Counted from the stretch's first letter, positions 22,583-36,170 are shown. The stretch: 64,000 nucleotides of DNA from an uncultured Verrucomicrobiae bacterium (GCA_963706955.1 CAVPOC010000006.1:128001-192000), one strand, 5' to 3'. Translations and numbers: made by a program. Notes: generated by a model not told the origin, from the sequence alone.

Positions 22583-22591
22583 GAACACATC

Positions 22592-22608
22592 AGCAGAATA
22601 CGTGCCAA
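22592..22608 (-). promoter_or_regulatory. sigma54-like -24/-12 promoter
   Basis: Minus strand TTGGCACGTATTCTGCT, GG-N10-GC spacing exact, one mismatch to TTGGCACG-N4-TTGCW. Confidence 0.5.
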
Positions 22609-22669
22609 TCCTCGCGCAAAGAAGCGGTCTAGGATGTTCCATTCTGTTGCTGAGGCACTTGGCGACAAG

Positions 22670-24413
22670 TTACGTAAGCGGGCGCGCACCGAGAGCATCT
22701 CGAATGTTCCAATTTGCGCAGCGAAGTCGATTCCTGGCGTCTGCTTCGCTAAGTCCAAGACGCGTCGCAACGATGCGGGCCGCGCGATCACGCAGTTTCT
22801 TGTTGGAGGGTTGCAAGCAGGTCATGAGGTTGCCCTCGACACGACCGAGTCGAACCATGGTGCAGGAAGAGATTATGTTCAGGGCCACCTTCGTCGCGGT
22901 GCCAGCCTTTAGTCGGGTCGATCCGGAAAGGAGCTCAGGTCCCGTGGGAAGGTCGATCTGGACATCCGCGCGGACGAGATCTCTTTGGCGCAGCGGATTG
23001 CAGGTCAGCAAAATGGTTGCGGCGCCGCTCGCGTGGGCGGCTTCAAGTGCCCCGAGCACAAAGGGTGTTCTTCCACTCGCGCTTATTCCACAAACGACAT
23101 CTCGACCAGTGACGCCCCGTTCCTTGATGGCCAGCGCTGCAGCGACCTCATCATCTTCGGCCCCTTCCACGCTCGCTTGCATCGCCGACATTCCCCCCGC
23201 GATGATAGCTTGAACGCGATCGGGAGGAACTCCAAAGGTCGGAGGCATTTCACTTGCATCGAGCACACCCAATCTTCCACTGGTTCCCGCGCCCACGTAA
23301 AAGAGTCTGCCGCCTCGTTTCAGCGCTTCCGTCGTAACCTCGATTGCCTGGGACAACGGCTCAATGCACGCCGCCAGAGCCTCTTCCACCCATTTTTCCT
23401 CACGGACAAACAACAAGACAAGCTCTCGGATCGGCATCCGGTCGAGGTTCTCCGAACGTTGATTAACTTGCTCCGTGGATGCTTCTCGCAGGGAGCTTTC
23501 AGCGAGATCTGTGGGTTCTTCAGCGATCACCACGGCCGTGTTGACGGCTAGGAAGGCAGCGCCGAGACTCGGGGGTGTTCGGCAGACCGAAACTTGACCG
23601 CCTGGCCATTCCCGCTTGAGGGCCGCGCCGAACATCCGTGCATAGAGAGGTTGATTAATGAAGACACCTCCCATCAGCTGAATAGGAGGTTTCTGGTAGC
23701 CAAGCCTGCGGCAGACAGCAGCAGTCAGACGGGCCAATGCTTCCGACCCCTCTTTCAAGATTTCACCAGCTTCGGCCTCGTGTTCAAAAAGCAATGGCGT
23801 AAGCCGCGCGAGATCATTCTTCTGCGCAGTCTGAGCCCAATTGGTGAGTTCGCGCAGTGTGTTTAGACCCAAAGTGCGAAGAACGTCACGCGCCAGGGCG
23901 GTGATTCGACGTCCCGTGTCAAAGTCGAAAAGTACCACGGCGAAGGGCACGAATCGCCAAGTCGTAGCCGCCGCCGCTGTCGCCAAGCAGATGCCCCCAT
24001 CCCCCCGCGCGATCTTCATTTCCTGAAAAACGGCCGGTGATGGCGGATCCGGTTCCCGCGATGATTGCGATTCCATCTCCTTCGCCAAAGGCAGCGGCAA
24101 ATCCCGATTCCCGATCACCGCCCACTCGAATCGCCGCATTCGGCCACACGGAGGAGCCAATCCTCTTGAGGTGGCGTCGGTCCTGGAGGGTTGCGCATCC
24201 CGCCATAAAAAGCCCTACGCACGAGGCTTCGGTTGGGAGAACGGACAGCAGTCTGCTCAGGTCCTCCGGCGCGAGCAATTTCATGCTTCCTGGGCCGAGG
24301 AGGCCTTTTCTGACGGGAAACAATTCGCCGGATCGCATTTCGCAGAGCGTCCAGTTGGTCTTGGTCGCTCCTCCGTCGATTCCCAGGATAAGTTGCTTTG
24401 AGACGCGGCTCAC
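22670..24413 (-). CDS. murQ: BadF/BadG-type amino-sugar kinase fused to N-acetylmuramic acid 6-phosphate etherase (one frameshift near 23940)
   Basis: N-terminal GIDGGATKT, IAGTGS, GGWGHLLGDSGG; C-terminal TEQVN, GAGTSGRLG, GAED, STRLKAGTATK; the two ORFs join on removing one base. Confidence 0.88.
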
Positions 24414-24434
24414 AACTAGATTTCATAATACTTC

Positions 24435-27820
<3,386 letters not shown>

Positions 27821-27830
27821 TGTGCAAAAC

Positions 27831-28283
27831 CTACCGCATCGGCTGCCCTGCCTCGTAGCGGGCGAGTTGCTCGATTCTCCCGGCATGCCGACCGCCCTCG
27901 AAGGTAGACGTCAGCCAGATATCGACGATTCGCAATGCCATCTCAATTGAGATCATGCGCTCTCCGAGCGAGAGCACGTTGGCGTTGTTATGTTGCCGCG
28001 AGAGTGCCGCTGTTTCGTCGTTCCAGCAGAGCCCGCAACGAACGCCCTTTACCTTGTTCGCCGCCATAGCCTCGCCGTTGCCCGATCCGCCGAGAACGAT
28101 GCCCCGCTCTGCTTCGCCTTTGGCGACAGCTTCGGCCGTGGGAATGATCCACAAGGGGTAGTCGGTCGAATCGGCGTTGTGGGTGCCGAAGTCGACGACT
28201 TCATGTCCTTTTTCCTTGAGGTATGCGACGATGCGTTGCTTGTAGTTGAATCCAGCGTGATCCGAGCCAATGGCGATTTTCAT
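27831..28283 (-). CDS. rpiB: ribose 5-phosphate isomerase B
   Basis: GSDHAG, DYP, GGSGNG, HNNAN, FEGGRH. Confidence 0.95.
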   Translation of the reverse strand: MKIAIGSDHAGFNYKQRIVAYLKEKGHEVVDFGTHNADSTDYPLWIIPTAEAVAKGEAERGIVLGGSGNGEAMAANKVKGVRCGLCWNDETAALSRQHNNANVLSLGERMISIEMALRIVDIWLTSTFEGGRHAGRIEQLARYEAGQPMR

Positions 28284-29245
28284 GCAGGTTGAGCGTGGTG
28301 GGCAAAAGGCGTTTGCGGTTGAAGGTCGAGAGTTCGCAGAAGATCACGGTCCGCGTCGGCGGCAGGGTTGGAAGCGGTAAGAAGTTTGTCGCCGTAGAAG
28401 ATCGAGTTCGCGCCGGCAAAATAGCAAAGTGCCTGGGCCTCGCGCGAGAGGCGATTGCGACCTGCCGACAGGCGCACTTTTGCCTTCGGCAACGCGATGC
28501 GGGTGGTGGCAATGAGCCTGACGAGTTCGAAAGTATCAACTGGTTCACAATGCTCGAGAGGAGTTCCCGGCATCGCGACAAGACAGTTAATGGGAACGCT
28601 CTCCGGCGGCGGGTCGAATGAACAGAGCACCTCGAGCATTCTCACGCGGTCGTCTTCGGTTTCGCCCATGCCGATAATGCCTCCGCAGCAGACACTCATG
28701 CCGGCGCGTTGCACGGCGCCAATGGTATTCAGACGATCTTCGAAGGTGTGCGTGCTGACGATATTGGGATAATAGGCAGGAGAGGTGTCGATATTGTGAT
28801 TGTAAGCGGTAACGCCCGCCTCCTTCAGCTTTTGCGCTTCGGCGTCGCTCAGTTGTCCGAGCGTCACGCAAACCTCCATTCCCAATTTGCTTACCGCTCG
28901 CACGGTCTCGAGCATTTGTTCAAATTTTCGCTCGCCATCGCGCACTCCCCTCCAAGCCGCACCCATGCAAAATCGAGTTGACCCGTTTGCCTTCGCCCGA
29001 TGTGCGTAGGGAAGCACTTCCTCAACGCTCATCAAGCTTTCGCGTTGCAGGCCGGTGCTGTAGCGCGCGCTTTGGGCACAGTAGGCGCAATCCTCGCTGC
29101 ATCCACCTGTCTTGACGCTGAGCAACGTGCAAAGTTGCATCTCGTTTTCCGGCCAGTTCCCAGCGTGAATTCGCCGGCTGTCCTGAAGCAACTCGAAAAG
29201 CGGCCGCCGATAAATTAGCTGAAGCTCAGAGAACGACAATTTCAC
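28280..29245 (-). CDS. bioB: biotin synthase
   Basis: CSEDCAYCAQS, RFCMGAAW, YNHNIDT, PESVPIN, GANSIF. Confidence 0.97.
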   Translation of the reverse strand: MKLSFSELQLIYRRPLFELLQDSRRIHAGNWPENEMQLCTLLSVKTGGCSEDCAYCAQSARYSTGLQRESLMSVEEVLPYAHRAKANGSTRFCMGAAWRGVRDGERKFEQMLETVRAVSKLGMEVCVTLGQLSDAEAQKLKEAGVTAYNHNIDTSPAYYPNIVSTHTFEDRLNTIGAVQRAGMSVCCGGIIGMGETEDDRVRMLEVLCSFDPPPESVPINCLVAMPGTPLEHCEPVDTFELVRLIATTRIALPKAKVRLSAGRNRLSREAQALCYFAGANSIFYGDKLLTASNPAADADRDLLRTLDLQPQTPFAHHAQPA

Positions 29246-29281
29246 GCGTGCGTCTTTCTTAACCGCGATGCTACGCGGGCG

Positions 29282-30664
29282 TCAACGTTTCGCGGTGATC
29301 GATTCCACTTCGCCGTCGTGAAAACGGGTTCGCAGCAAAGTTTCCTCCGCAATCGCTTGAGACGAGGTATAGGGTCGGCCGCTGGCATCCATCGTGATGG
29401 TATATCCACGCGTGAGGATCGCTTGCGGGTTGAGCGCATGGAGGACAGCCACCGCCCGATCCAAGCGCGCCTGCCGCGCGATGATCTCGCGGCGGGTCGC
29501 CTCGCGAATCCGTTCGGCAAGGAGTTGGCAACGGAGTCGGCGGTCACCGATTGCCTGGGCAGGCGCTTTTGCAAGCAGACGACTGGCCAGCCGGTCGAAT
29601 CGATTCCGCTCTCGCTCAAGGCGCAGGACGGCACTTCGATTCATTGCCTCGGAGCGACGGTCCAGTGTTTGCAGGAGCTCCAAGAGTCTCCGACCCGGTT
29701 CGCGGAAAAGCGCGGACCTGCGGCTGGCATCCAAGCGCGCTCTGAGCAACTCCAGCCGGCTCGTGCAGGCGCGCCGTAGACGGAAAAAATCTTGCCGCAG
29801 CCGGGCGAGGACCTCCAGTCGATCGGCCGCGAGAATCTCCGCCGCTGCGCTCGGGGTGGGGGCCCGAAGGTCCGCGACGAAATCGGCGATCGTAAAATCA
29901 ATCTCGTGACCAATGGCGCTGAGGACAGGAACCGGTGAGGCCGCAATGGCCCGTGCCACCATCTCCTCATTAAACTCCCAGAGATCTTCGATACTTCCCC
30001 CGCCGCGCGTAATCACAATCACATCCACCGCCGGAAGCCTGCCTCGGCTCCGATCGCCGAACTCCCGAATCGCCCGTGCAATCTCTAAACTGGCGCCGCG
30101 ACCCTGGACGCGGACAGGATTAATGAGGACCTCGATTCCTGGCTGGCGGCGATGAAGGACCTTGAGAAAGTCGCGAATCGCCGCGCCCGTCGGCGAGGTG
30201 ACCAGCCCAAGCCGTCGCGGAAACCGTGGCAGGGGGCGCTTGCGCGCAGGTTCGAAAAGTCCTTCACCAGCCAGCTTGCGCTTTAACGCTTCGAATTTGG
30301 CCTGCAGTGTCCCCGCGCCGCGCGCCTGCACCAGGCGAACGATCATCTGATACTGGCCGCGTGGCTCGTAAACAGAAATCAAACCAAGAACCTGCACGCG
30401 CTGTCCGTCCGCGAGCTGGATCCTGGGCAAGGTGGCTGCGGTCCCACTGAAGAGCACGCAGTGAAGCTGACAGCTATCGTCCTTCAAAGTGAAATACTGA
30501 TGCCCGGACGACTGTCTCCGGAGATTGGAAACTTCTCCTTCCACCCACAGTTCGCCCATTTCCTGCTCAATCAACTCGCGGAGGCGCCTTGTCACCTCTG
30601 TCACGGAGTGAACTTTTGGTTCGGGCGTAGATGCCGTCTGGAAGAGCGCGAGGTCGAGCTGCAT
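29282..30664 (-). CDS. xseA: exodeoxyribonuclease VII large subunit
   Basis: GEVSN, SGHQYFTLKD, RGGGSIEDL, GHEID, APTPSAAAE. Confidence 0.96.
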   Translation of the reverse strand: MQLDLALFQTASTPEPKVHSVTEVTRRLRELIEQEMGELWVEGEVSNLRRQSSGHQYFTLKDDSCQLHCVLFSGTAATLPRIQLADGQRVQVLGLISVYEPRGQYQMIVRLVQARGAGTLQAKFEALKRKLAGEGLFEPARKRPLPRFPRRLGLVTSPTGAAIRDFLKVLHRRQPGIEVLINPVRVQGRGASLEIARAIREFGDRSRGRLPAVDVIVITRGGGSIEDLWEFNEEMVARAIAASPVPVLSAIGHEIDFTIADFVADLRAPTPSAAAEILAADRLEVLARLRQDFFRLRRACTSRLELLRARLDASRRSALFREPGRRLLELLQTLDRRSEAMNRSAVLRLERERNRFDRLASRLLAKAPAQAIGDRRLRCQLLAERIREATRREIIARQARLDRAVAVLHALNPQAILTRGYTITMDASGRPYTSSQAIAEETLLRTRFHDGEVESITAKR

Positions 30665-30902
30665 AATAAAAAGACTCAAGCTTCGAGGCGCGCGACTTCG
30701 TGAGCGTTTGGGGCAATCGGATTCATCGCTCGTGTAAGAAAGTGCCGCAAGCCGCCATCGTCAACTCTGAGGCTCGCAGCATTCCCGGCACAGGCATCCT
30801 GCGGATGTTCGGCCGAGCCATTGCACAGCGCCGGACCGCTTGTCAGGATGTATCGTGCAGGGTAAAAAGGAAGTGACGCGATCGCCGCGGCGCTTAAACG
30901 TG

Positions 30903-31412
30903 ATGAACACACTTTCGCAGACCGACGCAAACTCTCTAAATCCTAACGACCGAGCAGAGGTGGTCCGCATGGCGCGGCAACTGCTCAAAGGCAACAATCC
31001 GGGTGTCTTGAGCACGGTCGATGAGAGCGGGATGCCGCAGTCGCGGTGGATGGCGACAATGTCATTCGAGGATTTTCCCAATTTGTATACGTTAACGGCC
31101 GCCAACAGCCGGAAGGTGGCTCAAATTAGAGAGCACCCGATCGTCCAGTGGATGTTCTCGGATCGGGATTTTAGCTTCGTTGTCAATCTCAGCGGCCGGG
31201 CGGAACTTTTTCTGCGCGACGCGGAAACCATGAAACGAGTCTGGGACCAGATCGTCGACAAATCGCGCGCTTATTTCATGAATGCGACCATCGACAGCCC
31301 CGGATTCGTCGTAATTCATACAAAAGTGGAAATGGTCGAGTGCACAATTCCCAAGCGCGTCCTGAGGTTTGTCATCGATCCCCAGGAGTTCGCTGCGGTT
31401 TCCGGCCCATAG
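30903..31412 (+). CDS. pyridoxamine 5'-phosphate oxidase-like / general stress protein (FMN split barrel)
   Basis: LSTVDESGMPQSRWM, SRKVAQIREHP. Confidence 0.7.
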   Translation: MNTLSQTDANSLNPNDRAEVVRMARQLLKGNNPGVLSTVDESGMPQSRWMATMSFEDFPNLYTLTAANSRKVAQIREHPIVQWMFSDRDFSFVVNLSGRAELFLRDAETMKRVWDQIVDKSRAYFMNATIDSPGFVVIHTKVEMVECTIPKRVLRFVIDPQEFAAVSGP

Positions 31413-31424
31413 GTAACCAGTTTC

Positions 31425-32501
31425 TCAGAGAACTGCCGCTGAAATCGAGTAGATCGGAGGAAGATTATCCGCGATCACGCGCCACGAGTCGCCTTGATCG
31501 TTCGATCCAAACAGCTTTCCGGTGTTCGTCCCGAAATATACTCCCGCCGGATCCAGCGAGTCGGTCGCCATGCCCTCGCGATATACTCCCACGTAGGCAT
31601 CCTTTTGCGGCAGACCGTTGTCCAGTGGCTCCCAAGCGTGACCGCCATCTCGACTTCGATAAACGCGCAACTTTCCTCCTGACGGGCACCGAAATTCCGC
31701 GCCTTGCAGCGGGATTACGTAAAGCGTTTCTGGCTGTTGGGGATGAACCGCCAGCGGAAAACCAAAATCGGAGGGCAGCCCTGACGTGATTTCCACCCAA
31801 TCTGCGCCAGCATTCCTGGTCCGGTAGACTCCGCAATGATTCTGCTGGAAGAGAAGCGAACCGTCCTCGCCGGCGAGAAGGAGTTTGTGGACGCACTGGC
31901 CGAATTCTGGAAACTTGTCCGGAAGAAATTCGGCTCGTGTTCCCTTGTTGGCGGGTTGCCACGTTTCCGCGCTGTCCTCGCTCCGGAAAACCCCGACGGC
32001 AGAGATCCCGACAAACATCCTGTTCTGGTTCGCGGGATCTATGACGATGGAATGCAGGCAGAGGCCACCTGCACCCGGTTGCCATCGAGATCGGCTGGGG
32101 TGGTTCGTTAGCGACGAGACCTCGGACCAGGTTTCGCCGCCATCAACGCTCTGAAAAAGCGCCGCGGGCGCAACTCCGGCGTAGATAACGTTCGGTTCAC
32201 TCGAGCGGCCCGGTTCAATGTGCCAAATTCGCTCGAGCTGATACTCCGAGTTCGCTTGGAACGCAGGGTTTTGCTGCGCGGTTTGCCAAGATCGTCCGAA
32301 GTCCGGCGAGCGACTGATCTCGCAACCGAACCAGGAATCGTTCACAGCTGCGAAAATCAAGCCGGTGCGACGATCGTAGATGGCATGGTTAATCTCACGC
32401 CCCGCATGGAACGGTCCGGTGAGTTCCCAGCGGCTCCGATCCAGGCTAACGAGCAAGAACAAGCCCTTTTTCGTGCCAACTAGCAGCAGACATTTATTCA
32501 C
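31425..32501 (-). CDS. BNR/Asp-box repeat beta-propeller protein (sialidase-like)
   Basis: Repeated S-x-D-x-G-x-x-W motifs, GTKKGLF, QQNHCGVYR. Confidence 0.85.
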   Translation of the reverse strand: MNKCLLLVGTKKGLFLLVSLDRSRWELTGPFHAGREINHAIYDRRTGLIFAAVNDSWFGCEISRSPDFGRSWQTAQQNPAFQANSEYQLERIWHIEPGRSSEPNVIYAGVAPAALFQSVDGGETWSEVSSLTNHPSRSRWQPGAGGLCLHSIVIDPANQNRMFVGISAVGVFRSEDSAETWQPANKGTRAEFLPDKFPEFGQCVHKLLLAGEDGSLLFQQNHCGVYRTRNAGADWVEITSGLPSDFGFPLAVHPQQPETLYVIPLQGAEFRCPSGGKLRVYRSRDGGHAWEPLDNGLPQKDAYVGVYREGMATDSLDPAGVYFGTNTGKLFGSNDQGDSWRVIADNLPPIYSISAAVL

Positions 32502-32537
32502 GCAGACTCGATAATAAGAGGCATAAGAGTCGTGTTA

Positions 32538-32928
32538 TCAACGACTATGTTCGACAGGGAGGCTCGCCAGAAACGACTCTCCACGTGTTTGGAGCCGTTC
32601 CTGTAGGCGCTCTGTGCAGGTGCAGTTGCTGCAGGCCCATCAGCTCGGTGCCATTTTCATGACGACAATTGCGGCGTGAGTGAGCGTCCTTGATCTCGAT
32701 CAGCTCAAAGAATTCTTCCCAATAGGGGCGTTCCTCTTGAAGTGGAGCCGCACAATAACAGACCTCAACCCAAACAGCGGTCCCGTCTTTCTGCAGGCGA
32801 GCCTGTTCCATATCATCGAGGTATTCGTCGCCGGCGATTGAGCCTTGACCGAGAGTGCCCTCCTGAATGGCTTTCGCGAGAGCTTTTTCCTTTCCGCTCT
32901 TTACTCGGGCTTTAACCAGGTAGCGCAT
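32538..32928 (-). CDS. small Cys-rich hypothetical protein (frameshift near 32640)
   Basis: EVCYC..PL.EERPYWE; removing one base restores WACSNCTCTERL ending at TGA 32538. Confidence 0.65.
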
Positions 32929-32994
32929 CTCTCAAGATACATGAAGCGTCGCCGCACAACACCGTTGGCAGGTCGGCGTGACGATATAGGTCTC

Positions 32995-33933
32995 CTACCG
33001 ACTCAACTCGAGCATTCGGCGAACTGATCGCTCGGCTTTCAGGCGAATGGGTTCCGGGATGGTTATCTCGGGCTCCAGATAATCGAGGCAGTCGCGCAAC
33101 TTCTCCAGAGTATTAAGCTTCATATACCGGCAATCGTTACAGGCACAGAGATCTGTGGGACCGGCAATGAACACTTTGCCTGGCACTTCCTTTCGCAGGC
33201 GGTGGAGCATGCCACTCTCGGTGACGATGATGAATTCGTCAGCCGAACTCTCCCGGCAGTAGCCGACCATTTTTTCGGTCGAGCATACTTCGTCAGCAAG
33301 CATCCGCACGGCGAAGGTACACTCCGGATGTGCGACGACCTTCGCGTGGGGATACTGGCGCCGGATCGATGCAATGCTATTGCGGGTGAACTCGACATGG
33401 ACGTAGCAGTTGCCCTGCCAGAGATCCATCTTTCTGCCTGTTTTTTCCATCACCCAAGCGCCGAGATTCTGATCCGGCACGAAGAGAATCGGTCGATCCT
33501 TCGGAGCGCTTTCGACAATTTTGACGGCGTTACCACTGGTGCAAATTACGTCCGCAAGGGCCTTAACGCCCGCGCTGCAGTTTATGTAGGCGATCACGTA
33601 GTAGTTTTTCCCGCGGTTGGCATCGAGAAAGGCGGCCAGCTGCTCCGGAGGGCAGGAGTCCGACAACGAGCAGCCCGCATCCATGTCGGGGATCACGACT
33701 GTCTTGCTCGGATTGATGATCTTTGCCGTCTCGCCCATGAAATGCACTCCGCAGAAAGCGATGACATCGGCCTTTGTTTCCGAAGCTTTGTAGCTCAAGC
33801 CGAGCGAATCTCCGACGAAGTCGGCGAGATCTTGAATAGGGCCCACTTGATAATTGTGGGCAAGGATAACCGCATTTCGCCGCTCCTTCAGATCGAGAAT
33901 TTCTTCAACAATGTCCGTGGCGACAGCTGTCAT
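32995..33933 (-). CDS. nadA: quinolinate synthase
   Basis: LAHNYQ, CGVHFM, AGCSL, YIN, CTSGNA, CYVH, HPEC, CRYMK. Confidence 0.96.
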   Translation of the reverse strand: MTAVATDIVEEILDLKERRNAVILAHNYQVGPIQDLADFVGDSLGLSYKASETKADVIAFCGVHFMGETAKIINPSKTVVIPDMDAGCSLSDSCPPEQLAAFLDANRGKNYYVIAYINCSAGVKALADVICTSGNAVKIVESAPKDRPILFVPDQNLGAWVMEKTGRKMDLWQGNCYVHVEFTRNSIASIRRQYPHAKVVAHPECTFAVRMLADEVCSTEKMVGYCRESSADEFIIVTESGMLHRLRKEVPGKVFIAGPTDLCACNDCRYMKLNTLEKLRDCLDYLEPEITIPEPIRLKAERSVRRMLELSR

Positions 33934-34045
33934 GCTGCAATTTCACAGATATTTGACTGGCTTCAAGTCGCATCCCCCTGCTCCGCGCGTCACGAGCTGG
34001 CGCAGAAGCCTGGCGGACAGCTCTCGAGTTGAAGGAGAGGGGGTC

Positions 34046-34978
34046 TTACGACAGTGTCTTCAGAGCGTCGGTGAGGCTGGCGACGTTTGAGATGGAAATT
34101 ACAGGCGTGCCTTTGCGGATCCGGCCGACGAGTCCTGCGAGAACGCCGCCGGGGCCAAGCTCGATCAACTGAGTGCAATGAAGATGATCGAGCAGATAGT
34201 TAACACTCTCCGTCCAACGGACGCTGCCCGTTACCTGCTCCGCGAGAGTCCGCCGGATCTCTTCCGGTTCACGGACCGCCTGTGCATTGACGTTGCAGAC
34301 CACCGGCACCTCTGGAGACTTGATTGAGGTTTCTGCCAGAACCTTTTGAAGCTTGAGATAGGCATTTTCCATTAAGCGCGAGTGAAAAGCACCTGCGACC
34401 TGAAGCTCGACGGCTTTGCGAGCTCCATACTCTTTTGCGAGCGAGACGGCCCGGGCGATTTTGGAGGCCTCGCCTGAGAGAACGATTTGGCCTGGGCCGT
34501 TGAGATTGGCCACGTCGACACCAGCTGCCGCCGCGAGTTCGCGAACTCGCTTTTCCTCGCCTCCAATAATTGCCGCCATACTGCCCTGCGTATTTTCACA
34601 AGCTTCCTGCATGGCCTGCGAGCGCTTGGCAACCAATTCCAAACCGGTCTGGAAATCGAAGGTCCCCGCGGCAGCATGGGCCGTGAATTCCCCAAGTGAG
34701 AGTCCCGCGGCCGCATGAAAAACAAACCGCGGTAGCTTCTCTTTAAGGACGGCGAGACACGCCAGACCATGCACATAGAGAGCGGGCTGGCAAACCGACG
34801 TCTTGGTCAGCTCGTCTGCTGGACCGTCGAAGGTGGTCTGCGAGAGGGGAAAACCGAGAAAATCGTCGGCCTGTTTAAAAACGTCGGCTGCGACCGGGAA
34901 CTCGGTGGCCAAATCCTTGCCCATGCCGACGGCCTGGGCGCCCTGGCCGGCAAACAGCAACGCAATTTTCTTGTTCAT
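34046..34978 (-). CDS. fabD: malonyl-CoA:ACP transacylase
   Basis: FAGQGAQ, GLSLGE, GAFHS, ELGPG. Confidence 0.95.
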   Translation of the reverse strand: MNKKIALLFAGQGAQAVGMGKDLATEFPVAADVFKQADDFLGFPLSQTTFDGPADELTKTSVCQPALYVHGLACLAVLKEKLPRFVFHAAAGLSLGEFTAHAAAGTFDFQTGLELVAKRSQAMQEACENTQGSMAAIIGGEEKRVRELAAAAGVDVANLNGPGQIVLSGEASKIARAVSLAKEYGARKAVELQVAGAFHSRLMENAYLKLQKVLAETSIKSPEVPVVCNVNAQAVREPEEIRRTLAEQVTGSVRWTESVNYLLDHLHCTQLIELGPGGVLAGLVGRIRKGTPVISISNVASLTDALKTLS

Positions 34979-36084
34979 AGGGTGATCTTGAGGAGAAGGG
35001 CGGCTCTTTTCGCCGCCGCACGCAACAGTTCTGCCGCATGGGCGCGAGACTCTTCAAGCGTCAATGGTCCGTTCGCGATCGGGATACAGGCGTCAAAGCC
35101 AGGTAGCTCTCCTTCGATGATGCCGGCGAACCCGATAACCGGCTTGTCATGGCGCTGCGCCAGTTGGGAGATTTCGAATGGGGCCTTGCCTTGGAGCGAC
35201 TGGGCATCCAGCCGTCCTTCGCCGGTGATAACAAGGTCTGCCGCCGACACTCGGCTCTCCAAATCCATCAGACGTGAGATCGCATTGAAGCCGGATTCGA
35301 GCGTAGCCTGCAAGAACATGAACAAGCCAAAACCGAGTCCCCCAGCGGCACCGGCCCCTGGGACGAGGCTCAGATCTTTTCCAAATTGCTCGCTGCACAG
35401 GCGAGCGAGGTGAGACAAGGATTCCTCCAACGTCGCGAGCATCTCGGGCGATGCGCCCTTTTGCGGGCCGAACGTCCGCGTGGCTCCGGCAGCACCCAGC
35501 AGCGGATTACTAACGTCACAGAGGCCCGTCACACGGCAGGAAAGCGGCGTATCCGGAGGGACGATTTTGCTGATTTTGCGAAACTCTGCTGGATGCGGGG
35601 CGAGTGTGTTGTTCGCCGCATCAAGAAACTTCCATCCCAGCGCGCTGGCCATCCCGACTCCAGCGTCGTTCGTGGCACTTCCGCCCAAGCCCACAAGGAG
35701 TTGCTCTGCTCCGTGAGCCATCGCGTCCGCCATCAACTCGCCGGTCCCGAGCGTGTGAGCATGCAACGGGTCGCGTTCACCGGGCTTGATTCGCCAAAGT
35801 CCGGACGCGGCGCTCATCTCGACGACGGCGAGCTTTTGATCGCCCATCCATGCATAAGAAGCATTGACGGGACGCTCAAGGGCATCATGTGTTGCGACCT
35901 CCACCCATTCACCGTCTGATGCACTGAGGAAAATTCCAGCTGTTCCCTCGCCGCCATCCGCTACCGGAACAATGTCGAAGTTTGCCTCCGGAAAAACGGT
36001 GATGAAGCCGTTGTGAATAGCATCCGCCGCCTGTTGCGCGGTGAGAGATTCCTTGAATTTGTCGGGGGCGATGAGGATCCGCAT
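34975..36084 (-). CDS. glycerate kinase (GlxK/GarK family)
   Basis: APDKFKESL, ADGGEGT, GGSATND, GAGAAGG, TGEG. Confidence 0.92.
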   Translation of the reverse strand: MRILIAPDKFKESLTAQQAADAIHNGFITVFPEANFDIVPVADGGEGTAGIFLSASDGEWVEVATHDALERPVNASYAWMGDQKLAVVEMSAASGLWRIKPGERDPLHAHTLGTGELMADAMAHGAEQLLVGLGGSATNDAGVGMASALGWKFLDAANNTLAPHPAEFRKISKIVPPDTPLSCRVTGLCDVSNPLLGAAGATRTFGPQKGASPEMLATLEESLSHLARLCSEQFGKDLSLVPGAGAAGGLGFGLFMFLQATLESGFNAISRLMDLESRVSAADLVITGEGRLDAQSLQGKAPFEISQLAQRHDKPVIGFAGIIEGELPGFDACIPIANGPLTLEESRAHAAELLRAAAKRAALLLKITL

Positions 36085-36170
36085 CAGCTTCCTAAGAATT
36101 GCAAGCTACGTCGAAACACTTCGCGTGAACTGAGAAAATCAAGTGGTCTTCCTGACGATCATTCGCGACG

